In this document: positions 51,676-64,000 of the stretch, piece after piece
Position numbering within the stretch: position 1 is the stretch's first letter
Layout: each line of letters starts with the position of its first letter
Origin: Vicugna vicugna
Taxonomy: Eukaryota
Direction of reading: 5' to 3'
Assembly: GCA_013265495.1 (NCBI GenBank)
Contig: MU061578.1
Span: 381,308 to 445,307 of the forward strand
DNA length: 64,000 bases
The notes under the pieces: model-generated
What the model saw: the letters and a program-made list of their open reading frames with translations, nothing else
Databases searched by the model: none
What the model was told of the DNA's origin: nothing
Program-made: the position numbers and the translations under genes

Positions 51676-54066
51676 ACGTGGGCTCAAGGGAGACTGTAGC
51701 TGGACACAACGGATGGTGTCAGCCCAAGGAAGATCTGGGATTTATTCATTTACTCAACACATGGTTGCTGCATATCTACCGTGGGGCAAGGAAGGGCAGC
51801 TGTCAGAAGTGGGAATCTCAGCATCAGAATAATGAGCTAGGGGACATATTTTTAAATAGGGAGGGGCTGTGACTACTCATCTTAGCCACCTTAGACAGAC
51901 TGGATTTAATTTCAGTGCAGAAGGTCCTTTTTTTTTCTAAGTAAGAAAGATTCAGATTAATAAACTGGGACAAACAGATGAATAAAAATAGTCTCTCTGT
52001 ACTTATATTTTTCATAGGACAATCTTAAAAAGAAGGGTTATTTGTTGTTTCAGAATATTTGTTCTACATTATCATAAATAAAACACAGACCAGCCCTCTC
52101 TTCTGACTGAATTTCTGTTTCTCTCTGGGCAAGGCCCTTCTCTCTGGGCTACTGGAGGTGAAATCGGGTAAGACTAGAAGTTTCCATGATTCTATTCTTT
52201 TAAAATTTCTATCTTGGAAGCACAACTTGAGAGGGGTGGGCCCTCTGAGGACTTCTCTGTACATTCTAAGTTTTAAGAATAATAATAATTACAATGATAA
52301 CAAAATAATAACAATTATTATTAATTTATATTAGCTAAAATATGTTGAGTGCTTACCCCCATGCAAAGCACTGTGCTAAATTCTTTAAATGTTTTCTTTT
52401 ATTTAATCCTTATCACAACCCTATACTTAACCCAAATGAGGAAACTGAATCTTAGATTAAGCAATCTGCTAGGATGACCTGCTTTATTAGGGTCATGTGG
52501 ATGGATAAAGGTGTGTGTTGGAAGGACATCTCTTTCGTCTATGTCCATTGCTTCCTCAAAACCACAAGTGAATTAGGAATACACCCCTCTACCTCCCTGC
52601 CAAATCATCCTACGTGGAAGCAGGGCTGTGCTTCAGGGGGCTGAGTCTCTGCCTCCATGTGAGATTATAGCTTATTCTCCAATTAATTATGCAGCAGCCT
52701 CTTTGGCTAATAAAGTCTAAACAAAGAGCATTTAATCCAATTCATGGTTTTTCCCCTCCATCGTGAGCAGCTTGTCAAACACAATCAGATTCCGCATGCA
52801 AAGCAGAGAGGAGGCAGGCGTCAGCCACACCTGCTTAGCGGGGCTGCAAGCCGGAGGCTCGCAGTCAGAGAACAGTTGGCCGCGCAGATGGTAGAGATGG
52901 GAAGACTTGGGGGAAAGCCACTCTCTGACTCCAGCTCAGTGCAGGGAAGGGGCCGTTTGGGGGTTGCAGGCAGAGAAACACTTCCTCATGCCTCTTAACT
53001 TGGTCCAACCAATGGATGGTGAGGTCACTTAGAAATGAAAGACACAAATATTTAACAATTTAACAAGAGCCTCCTATGTGACAGACATTTAACATATGCA
53101 ATCTCTAATTATCAAACAATCGTCAGAGACAGAAACTGGCTTCCCTTTTTCCAGTTGAGAAAATTGAAGGCTCGACAGGTAAAGTGATCTACTTAAGGTC
53201 ACACAGCTGGTAAGCAGAGCTGTAGGGGGTTGCATCCCTATCTTCCAGACTCATTTCTCTGCACCAGGCTTACTGAAGAACGTTGGAAGAACATCCACTA
53301 AGTCATTGCTTCTTGCCCATCCCTGGATGACATGCTGGGTAGAGATGCCAGAAATGTGGAAAGCATCATCCTTGCCTTTAAGGAATGCTTGAAACAGACA
53401 AGGAGATGGGAATTAATACAAAGGGCCTAATTTTAAACAGTGCTGTGCTGTGCTGAATTGTGTGGCCATGACTGGGTAAGCTGGAAAAGGACAGATAACC
53501 AGACTGGTGTAGACAGAGCAGCCCGGAGACATAAAATCTCAGAATCGGAAAGGACATCATAACAATGTGTGAACATACTCATGGGGCCCCTGGAGGCAGA
53601 AGACCATGTCTGATTGATCCCTCTGCCCAGTGCTTTGATCACTGTCAGCAGACAGTTGCTGAATATGTAAATACAAATTAACCTTAAAGAATAAATAAAC
53701 ACAGACATTATCTATTATGATTTTCTTCTGGGTCATGGACTCCTTAGAGAAAGTTTGAAAGCTATGATCTTGCTCCTGGAAAAAAATTCATGTACAATTT
53801 CTGAGGGCCCAAGTTTCCCTAGAAACATAACATTAAGGAAAACCACTTGTATAGAGTTAAAGGAAATAAAACCAGGATGCAATAATTTTATATACTGTAT
53901 GATCTCTTCAAGGTATAAAATCTAGTAAGACTACCAGGTCCACTCCTAGTTCCTCAGCAGCAGTGCAGCTTCTGAATCTCCTGTTGCCTTAGTTTTTTCG
54001 TTTCTAAAATGGCACTTTCTGCGAAGGGTTCTTATGAGAATTTAGTGATAAAATATACTATAGATA

Positions 54067-54281
54067 CTAACTGCTATATATAAAACAGATAAACAACAAG
54101 GTCCTACTATATAGCACAGGGGACTATATTCAATATCTTGTAATAGCCTATTATGAAAAGCATATGAAAAGGAATATATATATATATATGTATAACTGAA
54201 TCACTATACTATACACCAGAAATTAACACAACATTGTAAACTGACTACTTCAATTAAAAAAAAAAAGAAGTAAAATAAGAA
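54067..54281 (+). mobile_element. Lineage-specific L1 tail inserted in a MIR
   Basis: 17-bp target-site duplication with one mismatch (54050-54066 and 54282-54298); poly(A) present. Confidence 0.9.
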
Positions 54282-55429
54282 AAAATAGACTATAGATAAA
54301 GTACTTAGCACAGTGGCTGGCATTGGGACAAACCCTCTATAAACATCATCGTCATCATCGTCATCACCTTCATTATTTGTACTTTATTTATCTCAAAACT
54401 TACTCTGTAACTTAGTCTCATCACTTTACATACCAAACACAAACACAATCATTTACAAAACTGACCTCTTCGAAGGGAATAGAGTTAATTTTGGAAAGTG
54501 ATGATGCCTCAATAAACAGGGACTCCAAATTTTTTTTTCAGTTAAGAACATATGTGTATATCGCTGTAAATCAAATTAGAGAATGGTTCCTCAAATATGT
54601 AGTATTACTGCAAATGTGAGTCACTCTTCCCTCTGCACACTCTGTCTGTAGGATGGGTTATTTTTCACATAAGAAATTATTGCCTTTTCAGGATAGAGTA
54701 TCCAGACTGAACCCCAGTGCTTACCTTGAATTCTCTAAGAAAAGAGAGGAAACAGGCAAATTTCCATTGAATGTTGCAAAAGCCCCACCAGAAGACAGAT
54801 GCCTGAGGACCAGTCCACTACCTCACAAGCCTTCATCTGTGCCATTGATACCCTGAAGTGACTGGCTCCATCCACTCCTAGGGGTTCAAGTCATCCAAAT
54901 GGAATTACCCTGTTGTCATTTAATTAAGCAATGGGTATAAAAGTAGGGGCCATTAAATATTGTCAATAATTACCAAGCCCTGACAAGATGCTACTCAAAA
55001 GAGAATGAGAGGAAGTCCAATATTCTAGGAACCAAGTAGAAATTATTCAGAGAAAATATTGAGGATTAACTGAAGCTAAGTTTCAAAATTCACAAAGTTT
55101 AAATTATCCAAACAACAGGACTCCTGTGAGAATTTTTGTGACCAACGAAGTCAAGATGAAATCTGCAGAGAGGAGAGCATATGTTTCCCAAAGAAGAGGA
55201 CATTTCAGAACCATCAGGAGAGGAAGGAGGGAAAGGATATTTGTGTCAGAAAATACAGCCACTACTGCTATCTCAGATGATGAGCAGATGTAGGAAGCTG
55301 AGTGTTTAAGTAAAACAATAATCTCACAATGGTTTGATCTTTTCAGTAGAATATGTCCAAAGTCCTCTATCAAAAGTGGAAGGGATACTGACACACCCTT
55401 CTGCAATAAAAGTAAAGGAGATGTCTCAC

Positions 55430-55850
55430 GTACTTATCTTTATTAAGTATTTGTTGAGCATCTTCTGTCATCCCTGCTCTAGGCACTGTCTTTTTCTAGC
55501 AGTGAATGAGATAGGTAAAAGAGCTGACTTGTTCAGAAGGGAATACAGATGATTAGCAAGCTAACATGTACATAAATAATACAGATACAGTCAGTTAGTG
55601 CTAAGTTCTATGAAGGGCATAAAACAGGGTGAAATGATAAAATAGGACCTCCTCACCCAAGAAGGTGAAATATGAGCAGAGGTTGGATCAAAGAAGGAGC
55701 CACCTAGTTCAATATTTGAAGACAACATGTGTCAAGTTGCCTAGGAGGACCAGCAAGTATGAGGGCTCAGAGGATAACCTTGGTTTGTCAAAGAAGCAGG
55801 AAGAGGCCCAGAGTGACTGAAATATTAAAGAAGAATAGTATGTGATGAGG
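55430..55850 (-). mobile_element. L2 3' end
   Basis: tatttgttgagcatcttctg..aagttctatgaagggcataaaacagggt..gaaggtgaaatatgagcaga. Confidence 0.75.
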
Positions 55851-58800
55851 GTATCCCCTTGAGTAGAGAGGTACTTAACTGCATTTCTGTTATCTACTAA
55901 CCTATTCCATGACTATAAAACAATCTGGAATAAGACAATCAAATTTATACACAAAATGCTGATTATTGGATCTGAAAAATTTTTGATGATAACCAAAAAA
56001 AGTCCCCCTAAGACAAAAATGAGCTTAATTTAACTGACTTACAGAAAATCAATTTGCTAAAATTTGATTAATTTTTATGTATCAGTCAGGATTGAATGGA
56101 TTATGCTGTAGTAAGAAGCATCCCCCAATTCTCAGTAGCTTAAGAGAAAAAAATTGGAACTGTTCCATCAGCCTAAAATCCTAGCTAACTAGAAAAAGCA
56201 AAGTTCCTATGCTAACTTGTAGTGGATGTATAGTGAGAGCAAGAACTATAAGCTACTACATACTCCTCTTCTCATACTCATACTCCTCTTCTCTTAATAA
56301 CGGCAGCATGCTATAAACAATTTTCTGTATTTTAGATTAAGTTTGGAATATACCCTGGCAAAGACTCCATAGTAATCCATGGAGTTATTACACATTCATT
56401 TTAAGTGCTATATAATACTCCACTGCAAGGAGGTTCTGAAGTTCATTCAACCAGTCTTTGGTGGGTGGATATTAGACTTTAGAGTAAGGAACTGGCTCTA
56501 GTGTTTCATGAAATAAGAGCTAATGTCATCATTATGCACAGACTCAAATTTATGATTTCTCTCTCTCTAGGCAACATAGAAGGCAGATGCTGTGTCATAA
56601 TCTATCCTTTATGCACATGGATTGCAGGGTGAGGGTCTGGTTCAGTGAGCCCAGCTAAGCATCCTCTAAACACATATCACTGTTGTTCACACCCTGTCAT
56701 CACATACTCAAGAGCTCTCAGGAGGTGACCACAACTTGATACTTTGTGAAAGAAGTAGCCCCCACCCACCCCGGAAAGCCCACTGCTCATTTTGGCAATG
56801 GAAAGGATGAGAAATTGCAGGGATTTCAGAAAGTGGTAATTCGTAGACAGAAATGAGCTTCATGTGGAAATTCAGCTTTGTATTCACAGACTCATTCTTT
56901 TTCTGCAGGAGCAATTGGCTTTCCTTCAGCCATGTTTTATTGCATTCATGAGGAATCTTGAATGCTGCTCTAGTGGCATTTGGGAACTTGAGGATTTGTG
57001 AGGGTCTTGTGCTTTTCTAGGCCAGAGTCACAGAAGGCTCGCTGCATTTCAGAAAGACTTTGGAGTTGCACAGATTTAGATTTGAGTCCTCGTTCTGATA
57101 CATGTATTTTTTACTATGATCTTGTGCTAATCACTTCGCTTCTCTTATCCTCACTGTGCTCAGCTGTGAAATGGGGATAAAACTGTGAGCTTGTGGTGTT
57201 GAAGACGAGTAAATAAAATGTGGCAGAGAGATTATTCAGCTCAGGGAGTCATCATCAGCCTCAATTTCCTCACCTTCAGCATCATCAAGAGGCAACCCAG
57301 CACAGTACGTAGAGTGCAGCCCTGGAAACAGACCACTTTGGTTTGAATCCTGATTCAACTCTTCCTGTATATTTCCAAATATGCTTTATGAAAATTTCTA
57401 TACCCATGCCTCAGTGTCCCCAACTATGTCTGGGGATAAAAATAGCAGCTACCTCATAGGATTGTTGTGAAGATTAACTGCATGCACCCCTGGCCAGTGT
57501 CTGGAACAAGGGTAGCCACTGTGATTGTTTTCATACGTGAAGGAAGAAGTATGTGTGTGTGTTATTTAAAACTGGACCTCACATGTTTTAATTATAAAGG
57601 CCTGCTCCTGAGACTTGAAGTCAGATGCATCTGGATAGTAATCTACTAATGCCTTGCTTCTCACCATCAAAGATAAATGTGCTGTCCCAAATCCTCGGCT
57701 GCTTCCTGCCCGATGCCATCCTACCCTTCCTGTGTGGACCCAGAAGACAGGTCCCAGAGGAGATGCTAAATCCACAGCCCAGCTGGTAACTGGATGGGGG
57801 AAGGGAACTAGATTCTAGCTGCAGGCTCCGGCCCCACCCTCCCCTTGCTATGCTCCTCTTGGTGAACCCTCTAAGGTCTCAATAATTCACTGCAGTCACC
57901 ATGTTCAGACAGGTTGCTTGGAAAAGCGAGTTCTGAGCCAAGGGTTTTGGCAGGTCTTAAAATATTTCCTTCTGTGCGACTGCAATCACATCTCCATCAT
58001 GGGCACCTGGGAGTGCGGGAAGGCATAAAGAGGAGAGGGAGGGATGAGGAACAAAATGCAGCCCCTGGTTTATAATTCACCCTTGTCACCGAGAGATCAG
58101 GCATGGCTGATCTGGCTTGTAGTGTGAGATCTGGGGTGAATGAAGTGATGCCTTTTGGCTGTGTCTATTTTAATTTTCCCGAGTAAGCAAAGTGTGGGTC
58201 TACTCCCAGAGGCAGCTATGAATTGCTTCTACAATCCCAAATGGCCAAAGCTTAGAAAATGCATGCATCAATGTCCACGTAACTAGCTCATATAAACTTT
58301 GCTACCTCCTATATTTTTTTTTCTAGAAAATGCTGGAAGGGGAGAGAGAAGTACAGATAAGCACTTGAGAAGAGTCTGAATTTTCTGTGACAAAGGGAAT
58401 GCACGTGGTGGTTCCAGGGCAAATCATCAGAGAGGCCATATTAAATATTAAGGTCCAAGGGGGAAAGTTGGTGTACAATTTGGTTATTTCATACTTCATT
58501 CTTAGTAAAATTCTTGGTACACTGTGTGTGTTCAATAAATTGTTGAACAAAAAGATGGAAAAAAAAAGGAAAAGAAAGCAAGAAAGATCTGATCAGTCAA
58601 AAGATCACTCAATGACAGAATTAGAGATTCAATATTCAATCTAGTGTACACTAGACATGGCTGCCAACTGTATATCTTTCAGTCTCTCACACACACAAAC
58701 AATGGCTGGGCTTAGACACGTAACATCTGCTAAGTCTTGATTATTTTTTGATCTCCCCAAGTCCCAGTAAAGTAATAATATTAGCTTACATGTACTGAGT

Positions 58801-59309
58801 TTCACTATATGCCAGACATCATGCTCAATATTTTACATGAATTTTCTTTTCATTCTTCATGAGACAGTATTTTCATCTTTACTTTTATAGATGAAGAATC
58901 TGAAACATGACCTTTCTGGGGTTCAATGTCACTCAACTTTCATGTGAAACAGCCAAGCTGTGAAATAATACTGCCTGATTTCTATCATCGCTATTACATT
59001 TTATTTGCAAGTTAAAGTTGACCTGGAGTGGAATGGAGGCACACAGAGATGCAGAAACATCCACAATAACACATATAAGGTCAGTAGCAGAGCAAGAGTG
59101 ACAGCTCTACCTTTGACTCCCAGGCCAGTGGTCTCCCCGTTACACTTTTAAAACTTAGCTATCGGTCTCTGATATTGGAGAGCAGAGGCAACTTCAGTCT
59201 ACCTCTGGCCTCACAGTGAGACATGTGGGAGGCACATGACCATACACTAACACAAATGTTTTGCAAATTCTGCTGGGGATGACATTTTTTGAAAGAGATG
59301 ACATTAAAC

Positions 59310-59860
59310 CATTTAGTTACAGGTGACAGAAAGCCAGCTAAGTCTAGATTAAGCAACAATAGAAAATGGGGGTGCGGTGGAGTGGGAATGAGGGCATTTG
59401 ATTGACATATGCAACTGAAATCTTTTTGTGTGGAAACAGATTCAGCTGTAACGTACTGCAAGGGCTGAAATGATGTCATCTGCATGCTTGCTCTCTCTCT
59501 GCCATCTCTTAGATCTGTTTTACTTTCTGTTGGTTTATTTCTCAATCAGACTTTCTCCAAGTGAATGCAAAGAGCCAGACCTGCATAGACCTCATAGTGT
59601 TGGAAGAGAAAGCATCTTTTTCCTAGTGGCCTTCTCAATCTCTGACTGACCCTTCGTGGGTCCCATGTAGGCTCCTGGACCAATGGTTGTGTGCCCAGGA
59701 GGACAGCATGCTTGGATCAATTTGCTGCAGTCACACGGTGATATCGTTGGTTAAGAAGAAAGACAGGCCAGGGTGGAAAATTTTGCAAAGAATAAAAAAA
59801 GTTCTGTAACCAGGAGAAAGAGAAGAGCTATTGGCCAAAACTATAAGACTATCTGCCCAT
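59310..59860 (-). mobile_element. Old MLT1-like LTR
   Basis: ttagttacaggtgacagaaagccagctaagtctagattaagc..ctgactgacccttcgtgggtcccatg. Confidence 0.6.
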
Positions 59861-61049
59861 TACAGACCTATACTCATGCTGTTGCATACCATTAAAATCC
59901 TCAAGTCCTGCCCGCATGGCTTATGAAGAACCATGGGCTGGACCCACTCAGTGTGATGGGGAATTTGCTGACAAAAAGTCTGTACTGCCTGCCGAACATT
60001 TTTCCCAGAATCCTCTCGTTGTAGGAAGATTTAATCATTTATCACTTGAAGATCACTTCCCAACATCTGAGATGCTAGCAGTATGGAAGGTGAAAAAGCA
60101 CGTGATGTTGACCTGGCAAAAACTGGGGTAAGGAAGAGTATTGTTCCTGGCTAATCACAGCATCCAGCGAGGTGATTTTTATTGATGATCTCTTCCAGCA
60201 GGATGGATCTCTTCATAAGCCCAAGAAGGAAAGAACGCAGCAAAAGTGACAGAAAGAAGCCGAGGAGAACATGTGACAAATATTGAAGTGGGTCGGAAAT
60301 TGTTTTAAAAAATCAGAAATCCATGAAGAATATTGAGCTACCTCTGCCCAAAGATGAGAAGATGAGTGCAATTCCACGATGGGTTCGGAGGCACGAATGT
60401 AAGCTCGGATCTGCTTTCATCATTGTTTGAAGAATGATGGGCCTCTGTGGACCAGGAGGATGTCATTAGGATCCCAAACTAAGTTTTCTTCACACTAGGA
60501 TACGAAGCTCTGGGATCAATCCTCTCTCAGGCTCGACATGTTTCCTATCATTTGTGTTCTTTCCTGGCCCTGGCCACCTCCTCTCTACCTTCCTTTTTTT
60601 TTTTTCTTTTGCATCTGGGTATGACAATGAAGGTCTTTAGCTGACATCTCAATTCTCATCTGAGAACCTGCATGTTGGCATTTTATCCTAGATGATGTCT
60701 GCCAGCTATCAGTAAAATCAGTGAATTAAGAAAGAAGGAAATGTGATAAATCAGTAGCACTGACAGAATCTTCTGAAGGACTTGACAATTGGAAACATGA
60801 GTCCTTGATTGTCGACAGAGCAAGAACACTCGGTCCTCTTCTACTGAGCCTGATCACTTCATATGTGATAAGAGGTCAGGAAACCCATTTTATTTGGCCA
60901 TAGTAGGTGCTTCTATTAGTGAAGACTGGAGGGGTTGGAGGCATTTTCCCACACAAGTAGGTTATTTTGCCTGGCATATCATGTGGTACCTTGAATACAC
61001 CACTGCATTTAAGTTGAGAATTAAAACAACATAATTACAACTACAAAAA

Positions 61050-61815
61050 CACCTGTAACAACACAGGTGGTACAATGTACAGGCATGATGCTTATCACAT
61101 TATATACACTGTCTCAACTGATTTGTATAAGAACCCTGTGAGGCTGATATAATGTCTTTCCCATTTTACAGATGGGGAAATGGAGCCTGAGGGCAAATAC
61201 GCAATACTCTCCAGCCTATAGGACTAATTAATGAATGAGCTGGAATTTAAATCTAGCTATTTCTGTCTCAAAGCCTATACTTAACCAATATTTTTCTGTA
61301 CTGCTTGGGTCCTAAGCCATGTTCTGTTACTGCCTTACTTTGCAGTGCTGGGAAAGTGATTTCCTCTCTAAGCCTCTTCATCTGTAAAATGAGGTTAATT
61401 TAAATCTACAGAAACCAACCTTTTTGAACATGAGAGCTTTTTCTTTTTAGGCCAAAACACTTTTTCAGACACTGAGATAATTTTTAAAAAGTGTCATTGA
61501 GAAAATAAAGGCTAACTTCTATGTATTCAACAGTTTTATTTATTTATAAATAAAGGAAACATTTCATAATGGTGCAAAGTGCGGTCTCTAGAGTCATACC
61601 ATTTGGGTGCAAATCTCACATTTGCCATTTTCTAGTGACGTGGCTTTGGACCACCTGCATAACCTGTGTCTCTATTCCCTCATCTATAACGTAGGATAAT
61701 AATAGTACCTCTTTCATAAGATGGTTGCAAAAAGCAAGTGAGTTTCTATTTGGAAAGCACTTAGAAAAATCACTGGGGAATAGTAAATGCTATCCAAGAC
61801 TTTGCTATTATTATT
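61050..61815. mobile_element. MIR cluster
   Basis: cccattttacagatggggaaatggagcc; ttcatctgtaaaatgagg; ggataataatagtacctc. Confidence 0.75.
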
Positions 61816-63749
61816 AACTTATATTTCATTAATCATAACAATAGTAGTTATATTTTAACATGATCACAGATCTACTAATTTTTCAGACAAGACTGGGTAT
61901 GTATTCAGAAACTGTGGGAAGTCCACAGCATTCTGAAACACAAAGATAGGAACCAAAAGACAAAACTTTCTGAGATTTCTTCCAATTTAGCATGGTATGA
62001 AAAGGAGAGGTTTCTCCTGACCCCAACCTCCTGACATCACAGAACAACTTTTCAGGACTTCTTTGATGGAAAAAAAAATGGTTCAGGGTAAATGTGTGCT
62101 TTTTTTTTTCCCCAGTGAACTGCAAGCTCTTTGAGGAGAGAATCCATAGGTGATCCATGTTTGTAACTACCCACGCTGTCCTTTCATGCCCGCTCCAGCA
62201 TCACAAAACGCACTGTCTTGTAAATAGTAGATGCTCATCTAGTGTGCGAAGGAGGACAGAAGGAGAGACAAGAAGAAGGAATTTGACACTGATACAATGC
62301 CTGCTCTCAACAGGATTGTCTGGACATTTTCCAGATGGAAAAAGTTTTAAAAAATATTTGGATATGCAGATCACAAAGTGAGAGAGATGATTAGGACTGG
62401 GAGTCACTGAATCAAGGAGGAAACTGAGAACAGGGACCAGAAGAGCATCACATGCAGCCCAGGCCGGCTGCATCAGCCTGTGGTAACATCTGATTGTTGT
62501 TGGTACTACATCCCTTCCTTACGATTCCCTTCCTACTCAGCCTCCGTGTCTCAGGGCATCCATGACACACACACTCAGTCCTCCCTCCCTTCCCATCCAC
62601 CCCTGCCCCATTTTCTCACTCTCTGGCTCTTGCTACTGGTCACTTCCACCCAGAAAACCTGGCCAAATCCTGAGTTGGAATACAGCCACTGTCTGCATCT
62701 GTGCTCAACTGTGTGCAGCCACAGTGAGAGCTGATTTAGAACAGGGATTGAGAGCATGGTCCCCGAGCCACGCTGTTAGGGTTTAATTCCTTGCTTGCTC
62801 TGCTGCTTACTGGACGTGTGACTTTAACTTCTCTCCACCTCACTTTACTCCTTCAGAAAATGGGGCTAAAAGCAATCATAGGACCTATCTGAGGGGTGGT
62901 TGTGAGGAAGAAATAACATTTAGAACCGTGTCCGGCACCTAGTCATCATCCCATAACTGTTTGTCCCTGGTTGGAAAATCCTGAAAATTGTTTATTCTAC
63001 CTAGAATGTGAGTGAAGCCATATATATTTTTTCTTTTCCTGGCAACATGCGACTTGTCTTTCCATCTCAGCCGAAATGACACCATCTCTTGGAAATACTC
63101 CTTCAGCCGTTCATCCTTTGTGCCTCTTTAGTGCTGGGATCAGACGCATCAGTAGACAGGACAGCTGTGCTCTGTATTAGAGAGTTCATCTCTCCCACTG
63201 GACTTCTTAAGTCCACGGGGCTTCTTAGGAGCAGGCACTGTGAACTACACACTGTTTTATCTCAATCCTGTGGTCTCTCCACAAAGCGACCCTTGTCTCT
63301 CTGGACAGCACAGGTTTGGCTCGGTGGGTAAGCAAGGGCTTTGGGAAAAGACAAGTGTGGTCTCATCTCCCACCTATGCACCCTCACTGTATCAGCGCTG
63401 TGGGCCCCATGTCCATGTTATTTCCCCCCCGTTCACAACCACTGCCTGAATTTGGACTTCTCTGCTGCTTCAGCTGGACCTCTGCCGATCATGCCAGACC
63501 ATTCCTATTTTTTTTCCTTGTCTCCAACTACTCCTTCTTCCCATAGGCCCTACATACTGCAAGATAAATCTTCCTAAAATGCAAATCCAATTATTGCTTA
63601 CCTCCCTGTCTCTCCCATTGTAAATGGATTATATCTTTCCTTCTGCCCACAGTCCCAGAATAATGTCTGATGCAAAACAGGTGCTCATGTGACTGAAATT
63701 GACTTTTCCCCTTATGTTTATATCCTCAGCCCTTAGAAAAGAACAATCC

Positions 63750-64000
63750 ATATGTCCACCAGGAGGGTAACAGATAAACAAACAGTAGTATATTCATAGA
63801 ATGGAACTGTGAACTGAAGATAACATCAAAGAACTAGATCTCCTTGTATTAGCCTGGATAGATCCCCAAACAGAATCTTGAGAGAACAAAGTCAACTTCA
63901 GAATGATCTGCAGAGTATATGCATTTTATCTAAGTGAAAAACACTCTACAACACTTTCTACTTTAATGGTTAGTCAATGTATATAAAATATGGACCACAT
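63750..64000 (+). mobile_element. L1ME-type 3' fragment
   Basis: atgtccaccaggagggtaacagataaac..tatattcatagaatggaac. Confidence 0.6.

Noticed and set aside
1..64000. CRISPR arrays, tRNA/rRNA genes, prokaryotic systems
   Set aside because: Mammalian DNA; no regularly spaced repeat-spacer array or recognisable structural RNA gene seen.

Overview
Repeat-rich mammalian genomic DNA, probably camelid or another cetartiodactyl judging from the young L1 3' ends. I recognise no intact host protein-coding gene. The main result comes from hand-translating the non-repeat stretches of the minus strand. Between about 41,690 and 24,250 they form a heavily decayed, collinear, near-complete endogenous bornavirus genome: N (about 41662-40670), P (about 38699-38165), G (about 34184-30980), M (about 30965-30600) and L (about 30580-24250). 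The G-before-M order is that of Carbovirus/Cultervirus. The viral ORFs are interrupted by MIR, L2, MER20, L1ME, MLT1 and young L1 insertions, which implies a very old integration. A CpG-island promoter lies inside the fossil between N and P. It appears to drive a spliced minus-strand RNA whose terminal exon is the 5' half of G. All viral comparisons are by eye against BoDV-1 protein sequences recalled from memory; no search was run. Repeat family names and boundaries are approximate.
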